Source: Verrucomicrobiia bacterium (GTDB taxonomy: Bacteria; Verrucomicrobiota; Verrucomicrobiia; Limisphaerales; UBA1319). Taken from it: a stretch of 64,000 nucleotides of DNA. Shown piece after piece: positions 56,369 through 64,000 of this stretch (positions are counted from its first letter, which is position 1; every line of letters begins with the position of its first letter). The stretch spans positions 2,240,001-2,304,000 of the forward strand of contig OY760937.1 in the NCBI GenBank assembly GCA_963664225.1. Direction: 5' to 3'. Made by a program: the position numbers and the translations under genes. The notes under the pieces were generated by a model that did no database searches, was not told where the DNA came from, and was given only the letters and a program-made list of their open reading frames with translations.

Positions 56369-58116
56369 GGCGTGGCACTGATTTTTGGTTGTTTTTCCAT
56401 GACTTGTGAAATGAGTTCCTGAAGTTTTCCAATGTCGAAGGGTTTCGCCAGCGCCCCCTTGAACCCGTGTCGTCGATGCTCCAAAACCACTGGATCGTTT
56501 GGGTAACCACTCATGATAATGGCCTTGACTGCCGGATCCATCCGAAGCAGCGCCTCCATGGTCTTCTGCCCCCCCATGCCGGCGCGCACGGTCAAGTCCA
56601 GAATCACCGCATCGAAGGTTCGCCCCAGTTCTTTCGATTTCCCATAAATGTTGAGGGCGCTTTGGCCGTCCACCGCCAACTCCACCTCATGTCCCAGCTT
56701 CCGGAGCGTTGCCCCGAGAACACTTCTCACATCCTCATCGTCATCCATGAGCAGAATCCTCCCGGGCCGGGCAGATCGCTTCAGGACAGCGGTTTTCGCC
56801 GGGGCAATGTTTTTCCTGGAGACAGGCAGATAGATGCGGAAGGTGGTTCCCACCCCCACCGTTGACTCCACAAGGATTGCGCCACCATGTTTCTCAATGA
56901 TGGAATGGCAGATGGTCAGTCCCAATCCCATGCCCTTCTGTTCACCTCTTTGTTTGGTCGAAAAATAGGGGTCGAAAATCTTTGGCAAGGTCTCCCGGGC
57001 AATTCCCCCGCCCTGGTCGGCCATGCTCAAGCCAATATAATTGCCTGGTGGCAGGGATGGATGATCTTCGTGGCCGAAAACAATATTTTCTGCCCGGATG
57101 GTGAGCATTCCTCCATCCGGCATGGCCTCCCGTGCATTTTGGGCCATGTTGCGAATGACCTGCGCGATCTGCGACGCATCCACATCCGCAGTCCACAGTT
57201 CGTCCGCCAGCGCGAATTGACTACGCACCCGGGAACCGCTCAAGGCGAGCCCCACGGATTCCTGGATCAGCCCAGACAAGGAGGTTGCATTCACGATCAG
57301 GGCACCTCCTGGCGCAAAGGTGATGAGCTGCTGGGTGAGTCCGCGGGCCAGCAAAGTGGCTCTTTTCGCATCCTCAATCCGCCCCACCAATTCTCCCCCG
57401 GCTGCACTGGCCATCCCGGCCAGTTCCAGGTTCATGAGGATGACGGTGAGCAGATTGTTAAAATCATGGGCGATGCCACCTGCCAGAATGCCGGTGGATT
57501 CGAGCTTGCTCAGGATCAGACGATCCTCTTCCGCCCGTTTAATCTCGGTAATATCGGCCATGACCGCGCGACACTCCAGCTTTGAGCCGGACACCGTGGC
57601 CGCAATCCGCACTTCGAGCGGGGGCTGCCCTTCCCTGAGAATGGATAACTCACAGAGTTCCCTCGCCTTGCTCTTGAATACCTTCTTGAGAAAGGCGTTG
57701 AACGAAGCAAGGCCGTCCGGGCAAACGAAAAGTCCGAAGCGCCGTTTGACAAACCTGGAGCGCTCAAGGCCCAACAGGCTGGCGCATGTCAGATTGGCCT
57801 CGCAAATGACTCCCTCCTGGTCAAGGGTGAAGTAACCCACGGGTGCGAAATCATAGAGGTCGCTGTACTTCTCCATGAGCGACTCCATCTGGTCCCTCGC
57901 TTGCTGGAGTTCCTCATTCTGCAACTCCAACTCGATCTGATGCACTTGCAACTCGTGGACAAGGCGCTGCGTGTCGGCCACAGATCGTCCCAACCCGGCT
58001 TCCAGGTGCCGCTCCTTGAGACGCGCTTCAGCGCGGTGCCGCAGTTCGACGGCATCCATGGAGATATTGGGTTTATTATGCATGGCTTGTTTCTCGACGG
58101 GTGCGTTACGGCTCAC
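56365..58116 (-). CDS. Hybrid PAS-HisKA-HATPase-REC kinase
   Basis: AGGIAHDFNNLL, NAREAM, FDPYFSTK, GMGLGL, receiver (LLMDD, ILDLT, MSGY, KPF). Confidence 0.92.
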   Translation of the reverse strand: MSRNAPVEKQAMHNKPNISMDAVELRHRAEARLKERHLEAGLGRSVADTQRLVHELQVHQIELELQNEELQQARDQMESLMEKYSDLYDFAPVGYFTLDQEGVICEANLTCASLLGLERSRFVKRRFGLFVCPDGLASFNAFLKKVFKSKARELCELSILREGQPPLEVRIAATVSGSKLECRAVMADITEIKRAEEDRLILSKLESTGILAGGIAHDFNNLLTVILMNLELAGMASAAGGELVGRIEDAKRATLLARGLTQQLITFAPGGALIVNATSLSGLIQESVGLALSGSRVRSQFALADELWTADVDASQIAQVIRNMAQNAREAMPDGGMLTIRAENIVFGHEDHPSLPPGNYIGLSMADQGGGIARETLPKIFDPYFSTKQRGEQKGMGLGLTICHSIIEKHGGAILVESTVGVGTTFRIYLPVSRKNIAPAKTAVLKRSARPGRILLMDDDEDVRSVLGATLRKLGHEVELAVDGQSALNIYGKSKELGRTFDAVILDLTVRAGMGGQKTMEALLRMDPAVKAIIMSGYPNDPVVLEHRRHGFKGALAKPFDIGKLQELISQVMEKQPKISATP

Positions 58117-60809
58117 GGAGTCTCGGTGGCGGTCCCACTTTTCTTAACGGTCTTCGCCGGCTTGACGGACTGTGCCTGAAAACGCTCTTCCAGGCTGGCA
58201 TGCTGATCCCGCAATTGCGCCTCCAGGGTTTTTGCCACGGTAATGTCCGTAAACGTGATGACCAGGCCGTCAATGCGGTTGTCCAGCGTGCGATAAGGCA
58301 TGATGCGCACCGTGAACCAGCGGCCGCCGCTGGCGCCAATGGGCTTTTCGACCGGGACGAGCGACTGAAGCACATTGCGCGCATCCTCCGACAGCTCCCG
58401 GTAACTAAGTTCGGAGGCCAGGTCGGTGATGGGTCGGCCCACATCGCCGGGGATCAGCTTGATGATTTTGTTCACCTGAGTGGTGAACCGCCGCACTTTG
58501 AGGTCGTTATCCAGAAACACTGTGGCGATGTCCGTGCTGTTGAGCAGGTTCTTCATGTCGTTGTTGGAGCGGGACAGCTCGTCCAACTTGGCCTGCAACT
58601 CCGCGTTCAACGTCTGAAGTTCCTCGTTCATCGATTGCATCTCCTCCTTCGAGGTGGTGAGCTCCTCGTTGGTGGACTGCAATTCCTCATTCGTGGATTG
58701 CATTTCCTCATTGGTGGATCTGAGCTCCTCCTGCGAAGTCTGCATCTCTTCGCGAGTGCTTCGCGCCTCTTCACGCGCTTCCTGCAACTCGCGCTGCAAT
58801 TCTGCCAGGTGCGGGGAATGAGACGCAGTTTTGGGGAACTTTCCCATCACTTTGGGTTCTGCGGGCGTAATCGCATCCTTGAATACGATCATCGCCAATC
58901 CCTTCAAAGGGCCGTCTTCCTCGAGCCGTTGAACGGTCACATCCACAAATTGGTCGCCGCCATCGTTTCCAATTTTAAGGCTGCGGAGCGTTGACGGGCC
59001 TTTTTCACGAAGGGCCTTCTGGAAGATGCCGGTCAATTCATAGCGGATCCCTTCGCGGGCCATGGCAAAAATGTTCCAGTTGGCTTTTCCAGCAGCGGGT
59101 TCGAGGTATTTACCTGTTCGACCACTAATGTAAAAAATGTCTCCCTTGTCATTAACAAGCGCCGCCGGAGGCGCGTATCGCTGCAGAACCAATTGATCCG
59201 CGAGGGTTTGAAGACTGGGGGGCGGTTTGGGGGCCTGGCGGGATTCCTGCCCGCCGGGTAGAAGCGTGCTAAATGTGGATGGAAATTCAACCGGGTCTGT
59301 TTGCAAGACCGATTCAGATCTCCAGAAAAGCCGCGATTTGCCGTTGGTCGGAGTAAATAGCTCGGAGAAGCCGCCAATCGTTTCCGCACTGCCGAGAAAT
59401 AGAATGCCACCGGGGTTCAGACTATAGTGAAACAACGGAAACAGCTTCTTTTGCATTTCAGGTGCCAGATAAATCAACAAATTGCGGCAACTCAGGATGT
59501 CGAGCTTGGTAAACGGCGGGTCCATGATGAGGTTTTGAGTGGCAAAGGTCACCATCTCGCGAATCTCCTTGCGCACCCGGTATCCGCTGGCTTCCTTGTT
59601 GAAGAATCGGGCCAGTCTCTCTGGCGACACGTCTGCGGCGATATTATCGGGATAAACTCCCTGACGGGCCTTGTCGATGGCGTCGCGATCCAGATCGGTG
59701 GCAAAGACCTGCATTGTGTAATGCACCTTGGGCATCGCTGACTCCACGGCCTCTTTGAGCACCATGGCCAGGGAATAGGCTTCCTCCCCGCTGGAGCAGC
59801 CCACCACCCAGGCCCGCAGTGTCTGACCGGAAGATCGCTTGTTGAGAAGTTGTGGGATGGCTTGTTTGCGCAACTGATCCCATGCCGCGGGATCGCGGAA
59901 AAAGTTCGTCACTCCGATCAACAACTCCTTGAATAACAAGTCCAGTTCCTGGGAGTTCTCCTGTAAATACCGGATGTAAGAGTCAATCTTGACAATCTGA
60001 TGAATACTCATGCGGCGCTCGATCCGGCGATAAAAGGTGTTTCTTTTATAGAGAGAGAAGTCATGGCCGGTGTGGGCGCGGAGCAGAATCACCACCTTGC
60101 TTAGCGCACTTTGGGTCTTGTCTATCAAAAGGCCCTCGGGCTTTGCGATGAGCGAGCTGTGCAGAAGAAAGGCGATGATCTTCTCAGGCAGTTGCTCCGC
60201 TGGAGCCACCAAATCCGCCAGGCCGGTCTCCACCGCGCTGCGCGGCATGCCATCGAATTTTGCCGATCCAGGGTCCTGTACCAGCACCAGGCCTGCTTTT
60301 TCCTTGATCGCCCGAATGCCCAGGGTGCCGTCCGATCCCATGCCGGACAGGATCACCCCCACACTCCGCTCCTGCTGATCCTGCGCGAGGGAACGCAGAA
60401 AAAAATCGATCGGCAGGCGCAGGCCCCTGGGAGCGCTCGGCTCCAGAAGGTGCAGCACCCCGTGCAGGATGGACATATCCTTGTTCGGGGGAATCACATA
60501 GACACAGTCTGGTTCCACTTTGGATTCATCCCTGACCTGGAGGACTTTCATACCCGTGGCGCGCTGGAGCAGTTCGGTCAGGATCCCCTTGCGCGTGGGA
60601 TCAAGATGCTGGACGATCACGAACGCCATGCCGCTGCCCGCCGGGACATGCCCGAGGAATTGTTCCAATGCTTCGAGTCCTCCTGCGGAAGCGCCGATTC
60701 CAACGATGGGAAACGAAACGCTGGCGGGTGGAGACGCGGCTTCTTTGTCCGTGGAAACTGAGGTGGCAGTCTTCTCCTGACGGCGTTTCGGTATTCCTTT
60801 ACGTTTCAT
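58113..60809 (-). CDS. CheB methylesterase-CheR methyltransferase-coiled-coil-PAS fusion (MAC-type)
   Basis: GIGASAGG, VQHL, SGMGSDG (CheB S-H-D); LLIGVTNFFRD, GCSSGEEAYS, CRNLLIY (CheR); EELQSTN heptads; C-terminal PAS. Confidence 0.93.
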   Translation of the reverse strand: MKRKGIPKRRQEKTATSVSTDKEAASPPASVSFPIVGIGASAGGLEALEQFLGHVPAGSGMAFVIVQHLDPTRKGILTELLQRATGMKVLQVRDESKVEPDCVYVIPPNKDMSILHGVLHLLEPSAPRGLRLPIDFFLRSLAQDQQERSVGVILSGMGSDGTLGIRAIKEKAGLVLVQDPGSAKFDGMPRSAVETGLADLVAPAEQLPEKIIAFLLHSSLIAKPEGLLIDKTQSALSKVVILLRAHTGHDFSLYKRNTFYRRIERRMSIHQIVKIDSYIRYLQENSQELDLLFKELLIGVTNFFRDPAAWDQLRKQAIPQLLNKRSSGQTLRAWVVGCSSGEEAYSLAMVLKEAVESAMPKVHYTMQVFATDLDRDAIDKARQGVYPDNIAADVSPERLARFFNKEASGYRVRKEIREMVTFATQNLIMDPPFTKLDILSCRNLLIYLAPEMQKKLFPLFHYSLNPGGILFLGSAETIGGFSELFTPTNGKSRLFWRSESVLQTDPVEFPSTFSTLLPGGQESRQAPKPPPSLQTLADQLVLQRYAPPAALVNDKGDIFYISGRTGKYLEPAAGKANWNIFAMAREGIRYELTGIFQKALREKGPSTLRSLKIGNDGGDQFVDVTVQRLEEDGPLKGLAMIVFKDAITPAEPKVMGKFPKTASHSPHLAELQRELQEAREEARSTREEMQTSQEELRSTNEEMQSTNEELQSTNEELTTSKEEMQSMNEELQTLNAELQAKLDELSRSNNDMKNLLNSTDIATVFLDNDLKVRRFTTQVNKIIKLIPGDVGRPITDLASELSYRELSEDARNVLQSLVPVEKPIGASGGRWFTVRIMPYRTLDNRIDGLVITFTDITVAKTLEAQLRDQHASLEERFQAQSVKPAKTVKKSGTATETP
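58605..58751 (-). repeat. Seven tandem 21-bp heptad repeats in the CheB/CheR fusion
   Basis: EEMQTSQ-EELRSTN-EEMQSTN-EELQSTN-EELTTSK-EEMQSMN-EELQTLN. Confidence 0.85.
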
Positions 60810-61161
60810 AATCCTTTGTCCTGCATCCGCAGAATGGGTCGCAACCGCCGCCATTGCGGGCTCGCCACATTGAGGCGACTGCTGCAACTGCCGGTTTTTG
60901 TCGGCCAGTGCCGTTGCCCGGTGGCGCCAGGCTTCATTGCGGTAACTTTATTTTGCACGATCGGATCAATAATCTCAACAACATATCTTGAAGCCCTGGG
61001 TAAAAACCCGCCCGGGAGCTTTCCCTCCGCACGCTCCCGGAGCGTGTCCAGTTCCCGCCTGAGGGTCCTGCTCCACGCCGCCTTCACTGCATTCATCACA
61101 TTCATGCGCCATCCGATTCGAATTGATTGGATCCAATGGGTGTTCGGTTCGCCCTCTCAAC

Positions 61162-62454
61162 TCAATCTTTTGTGGCGGATGCCCCGCTTTTGGCGAAAGG
61201 AACTTTTACCCGTATGGTGGTGCCCTGCCCGGGATCGGACTCGATGGTTAAGACGCCACACGCAAAAACCGCGCGTTCGCGCATGCCAAGCAAACCAATA
61301 TTGGGTTTCGCCTTTCGCGTGCCCGGGTGCCGATCCGGATCGAAGCCCACCCCGTCGTCCTGGATTGTCATCTCGACACCCGTGACATCGTGCGTCAGAA
61401 GTATGTTGACATGTCGGGCGCGGGCGTGTTTCTCCACATTCGTCAAGGCTTCCTGGAAAATGCGGTAGAGTGCCAGTTCGGTATCGGCGGGCAGCCGTTT
61501 TGTCAACTTCGCACAACTCACTTGCAAGCCCACACCGATTTTTTCAGCGAACTCCTCGCTGTCCCTGCGCAGGAGTGAGGCCAGACCCAGATGCTCCAAA
61601 ACGCTGGGGAGCAGGTTTTGGGAAATGCGCTCCACCTCCTCGACCGTCATGCCGATGATCGCCTGGAGTTTTATCGCCTCCTCCTTCGCCGACCTGTTGT
61701 GGGCCGGAAGCCTGTTCACCAGCACCTGGCTCCGAACCTGGACAGCGCAGAGCATCTGTGTCACGGTGTCGTGCAATTCCAGCGCCACGCGGGCGCGTTC
61801 AACTTCCTGCGCCTGCACCACGCGGTGCGTTAAGGCCCGCAGCAGTTCCTCGCTTCGGCGGGACTCCGTCAAGTCCGTCACCACCATGCCGATGGTCGCG
61901 CGATTTGAGCCATCCTCTGCTGTTGGACGAATGGAGATTTGCGCGGGCACTTGCGATCCGTCGCCGCACTTGAGCGTCACCTGGATTTTGGATCCGGATT
62001 TGCCGACCCTTTTCATAAGTGGGCGGAGGATGGCCAGATCTTCTGCGGAAAGAAACCGACGAAAGGACGTGCTGATCACCTGCTCCAGCGGACATTTGAC
62101 CATTCTGGAAAAGCACTGGTTGGCATAGAGAATCAGCTTTTCGGTGGTCAGCGTGAGCGCCCCTTCATTCATGGATTCGATGAGCACCCGATAGGGGTGC
62201 TCGGCGCCTTCCAGCGTGAACACCTGTGAGCCTTCCTTGCCCGCGACCATCACCGTATCCACCTCGCCGGTGCGGATGGCGCGGAGCGTTTCCTCGGCGG
62301 CGGCAAGGCGGGTGCGGAGTTGGTCCAATTCGCCGTCGTTCACCGCTGTGGGGCGACTGCCGTGCTGTCGAAGCTTGCGTGGGGGCGCCGGCCCGGGCGG
62401 CGCATCGGAAGTGGAACGAGTCTGGCGGGGCGTCTTCAAAGTGCGATTTTGCAT
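61162..62454 (-). CDS. KaiBC-associated PAS sensor kinase, HisKA_3 type
   Basis: N-terminal EETLRAIRTGEVD..QVFTLEGAEHPYRVLIESMNEGA; QE.ER.RVALELHD, FQEALTNV.KH, DDGVGF, GLLGMRER. Confidence 0.9.
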   Translation of the reverse strand: MQNRTLKTPRQTRSTSDAPPGPAPPRKLRQHGSRPTAVNDGELDQLRTRLAAAEETLRAIRTGEVDTVMVAGKEGSQVFTLEGAEHPYRVLIESMNEGALTLTTEKLILYANQCFSRMVKCPLEQVISTSFRRFLSAEDLAILRPLMKRVGKSGSKIQVTLKCGDGSQVPAQISIRPTAEDGSNRATIGMVVTDLTESRRSEELLRALTHRVVQAQEVERARVALELHDTVTQMLCAVQVRSQVLVNRLPAHNRSAKEEAIKLQAIIGMTVEEVERISQNLLPSVLEHLGLASLLRRDSEEFAEKIGVGLQVSCAKLTKRLPADTELALYRIFQEALTNVEKHARARHVNILLTHDVTGVEMTIQDDGVGFDPDRHPGTRKAKPNIGLLGMRERAVFACGVLTIESDPGQGTTIRVKVPFAKSGASATKD

Positions 62455-62789
62455 TTTGCGCTCAAATCAACCCCGACGAACAGGCCGTTGATATTCGCAA
62501 GGTTTCCGATGAAAAGGCGCACGGGGGTTGGAAATTTTATGATCAGCGTCGGGGTTGCCACGATCTGGTTTTTACGCGCCATTTCTGGCTGCTGATAGAT
62601 GTCGATCACTTCCAGGTCGCAGTTGCCTTTCATCTTGGTTTCGATTAATTGGCGAACGTGCAGGACGGCTTGGTGCGAGCGCTCCGTGGCTCCCGCCACA
62701 AACAGTCGCAGGACGTATTTATCCTTGGACCTGGCGGTCAGTGACTTCAAGGTGGTCTTGGCTGGGCGGCGGGTTATTTTGGTGATCAT
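62436..62789 (-). CDS. kaiB: Circadian clock KaiB-family protein
   Basis: YVLRLFVAG, LEVIDIYQQP, QIVATPTL, P.PVR.FIGNL. Confidence 0.9.
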   Translation of the reverse strand: MITKITRRPAKTTLKSLTARSKDKYVLRLFVAGATERSHQAVLHVRQLIETKMKGNCDLEVIDIYQQPEMARKNQIVATPTLIIKFPTPVRLFIGNLANINGLFVGVDLSAKCKIAL

Positions 62790-62816
62790 GGGCGTGGGTC
62801 GTGGTTAATCAGTCGC

Positions 62817-62919
62817 TCACAAATCCAGCCCGATGATTACTCGAGCGGTATCGGTTAATCTGCCAGGAATGGTCCGAACCGGCTTTGGCAATTCGCCGAT
62901 TGATTGTTTTGATTTTCAT
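62817..62919 (-). pseudogene. kaiB: Internally deleted first kaiB
   Basis: ATG coupled to the kaiC stop (TGATG) reads MKIKTINRRIAKAGSDHSWQ; the next frame reads LTDTARVIIGLDL*, a KaiB C-terminus. The core is absent (103 bp total). Confidence 0.75.
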
Positions 62920-64000
62920 CAACATCTCCTTGGCAGTTTTGGTTTGCCCCGCGCGCCGACTGCCACCTTGATATCCGCCTGACGCAGTCGGCTTGATTCC
63001 GCCCGTTCGGTGCCCAGCACGGAAGTGCGCGTGCCAACCTGTTCGGCGATCCGCCGCAGTTCCGCGGCTTCGGTTTCGTAATCGGAGCGCAGTCCGCTGA
63101 TCTGTCGTTCGAGCGCGCCTCGTTTGCGCTCCACCTCCCGCTTGAGCTGGGCGGCTTCCTGCTGGCCAGCGAGCACTGCGGCTTTTTCGAGCGCTCCCTG
63201 CGCCGCGCGGGCGGAACCGGTCAACACGCCACTGGCCCCGATATAGGCGTCCACGACATCAATGCCCCGGTCCGAAATCAGAAACTCGCGGATTTGGTTC
63301 GAGTGTGACATCCCGCGCGCTTTGAGCACGTATAGCACGCGATTGCGTTCACCGTTCCCTTCAAAGTCCTGCAATAACACCCAGGCGTCCATGAGCGAGG
63401 ACATGGCGTTTTCGCTCTGTTGCAGGGCGTGCCCGCCCTCCGTCAGACTGGTGAAGAGCGAGGTGATTTGACCGGCTTTCAAATAGTCAATCAGCCGCGT
63501 CACCATCCCCTTGCCCTCGTAGTCAGCGCCGGAATCCATCAGGCTGGTGATCGGATCCACGATGACAACGTGGGGTTTAAAGGTGGCGATCTCCTTGAAC
63601 ATGGTGGCCAGGTGCATTTCCAGGCCGTAGAGAGATGGCCGCGCCGAGTGAAACCGCAGCAAGCCGCGCTTGACCAGAGGCTCCAGGCGCAATCCGATCG
63701 AACGCATGTTACGGATGATCTGGTCGGGAGATTCTTCAAACGAGAAAAAGAGCACACGCTCCCCGCGCAGGGCGGCCGCCTGGGCAAAGTTGGCGGAGAT
63801 GATGGTCTTGCCCGTGCCGGCTGTGCCCGTGAGCAGGATGCTGCTCCCACGAAAGAATCCCTTCCCGCCCAGCATCGCGTCAAGCCGGTGTATTCCAGTG
63901 GCAATCCGCTCATCCGACACCGTGTGATTCAGCGACAGCGACGTGATCGGCAGCACGCTGATGCCCTCGGCGCCGATGAGAAACGGAAACTCGTTGGTGC
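62919..64000 (-). CDS. kaiC: Circadian clock KaiC (KaiC2-like), 5' part outside the window
   Basis: End of CI (TNEFPFLIG..GISVLPITS), CII Walker A GTAGTGKT, FEES, LKARGMSHSNQIREF, GVLTGSAR, SS at the phosphosites, long C-terminal coiled coil. Confidence 0.95.
   Translation of the reverse strand, partial: TNEFPFLIGAEGISVLPITSLSLNHTVSDERIATGIHRLDAMLGGKGFFRGSSILLTGTAGTGKTIISANFAQAAALRGERVLFFSFEESPDQIIRNMRSIGLRLEPLVKRGLLRFHSARPSLYGLEMHLATMFKEIATFKPHVVIVDPITSLMDSGADYEGKGMVTRLIDYLKAGQITSLFTSLTEGGHALQQSENAMSSLMDAWVLLQDFEGNGERNRVLYVLKARGMSHSNQIREFLISDRGIDVVDAYIGASGVLTGSARAAQGALEKAAVLAGQQEAAQLKREVERKRGALERQISGLRSDYETEAAELRRIAEQVGTRTSVLGTERAESSRLRQADIKVAVGARGKPKLPRRC

Noticed and set aside
58605..58751. 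21-bp tandem repeat as a non-coding array or VNTR
   Set aside because: In-frame coiled-coil heptads with synonymous variation.
60995..61012. Degenerate tenth box CCTGGGTAAAAACCCGCC upstream of the CheB/CheR gene
   Set aside because: Only the GGGT-N4-ACCC core matches; the outer arms and the -35/-10 pattern are poor. Needs a PWM score.
60806..61105. 99-aa ORF with LRERAEGKL, resembling the kinase N-terminal helix
   Set aside because: Similarity limited to a few residues; the rest looks non-coding.

Overview
Bacterial chromosomal window. Gene content and style suggest a Verrucomicrobiota/PVC-type organism (inference). Left part (1-19.4 kb) holds housekeeping and catabolic genes: GNAT acetyltransferase, leuB, alginate-export-type porin, SDR, PocR-AraC regulator, two GH2 glycosidases, an iorA-iorB-paaK-ACT operon, thioesterase and mnmA, ending at tRNA-Phe(GAA). 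Right part (19.5-64 kb) is an accessory general-stress-like region. Its signalling genes are kaiC (KaiC2-like), an internally deleted kaiB, an intact kaiB, a PAS kinase, a CheB-CheR-coiled-coil (MAC-type) protein, several more kinases and receivers, and one NarL-family DNA-binding regulator. Its effector genes are CsbD, ElaB/YqjD, entericidin-like, lmo0937-like, DUF3185, DUF3309, HPF-like, AI-2E, YihY, a B12 radical SAM, a 2.9k-aa cyclic beta-1,2-glucan synthase with an ABC pair, and an MlaA-hydrolase/type III PKS/methyltransferase/flavoprotein operon. The most notable signal is non-coding. Nine copies of the palindrome RTRGGGT-N3/4-ACCCCAT lie in intergenic DNA of this region, each abutting a -35-like hexamer and 22-24 nt upstream of a -10-like hexamer. 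This defines a candidate activator regulon that could link the Kai/MAC/kinase module to the effector genes. Several decayed gene remnants and small proteins missing from the ORF track were also found. All family calls come from motif recognition by eye; no database searches were run.
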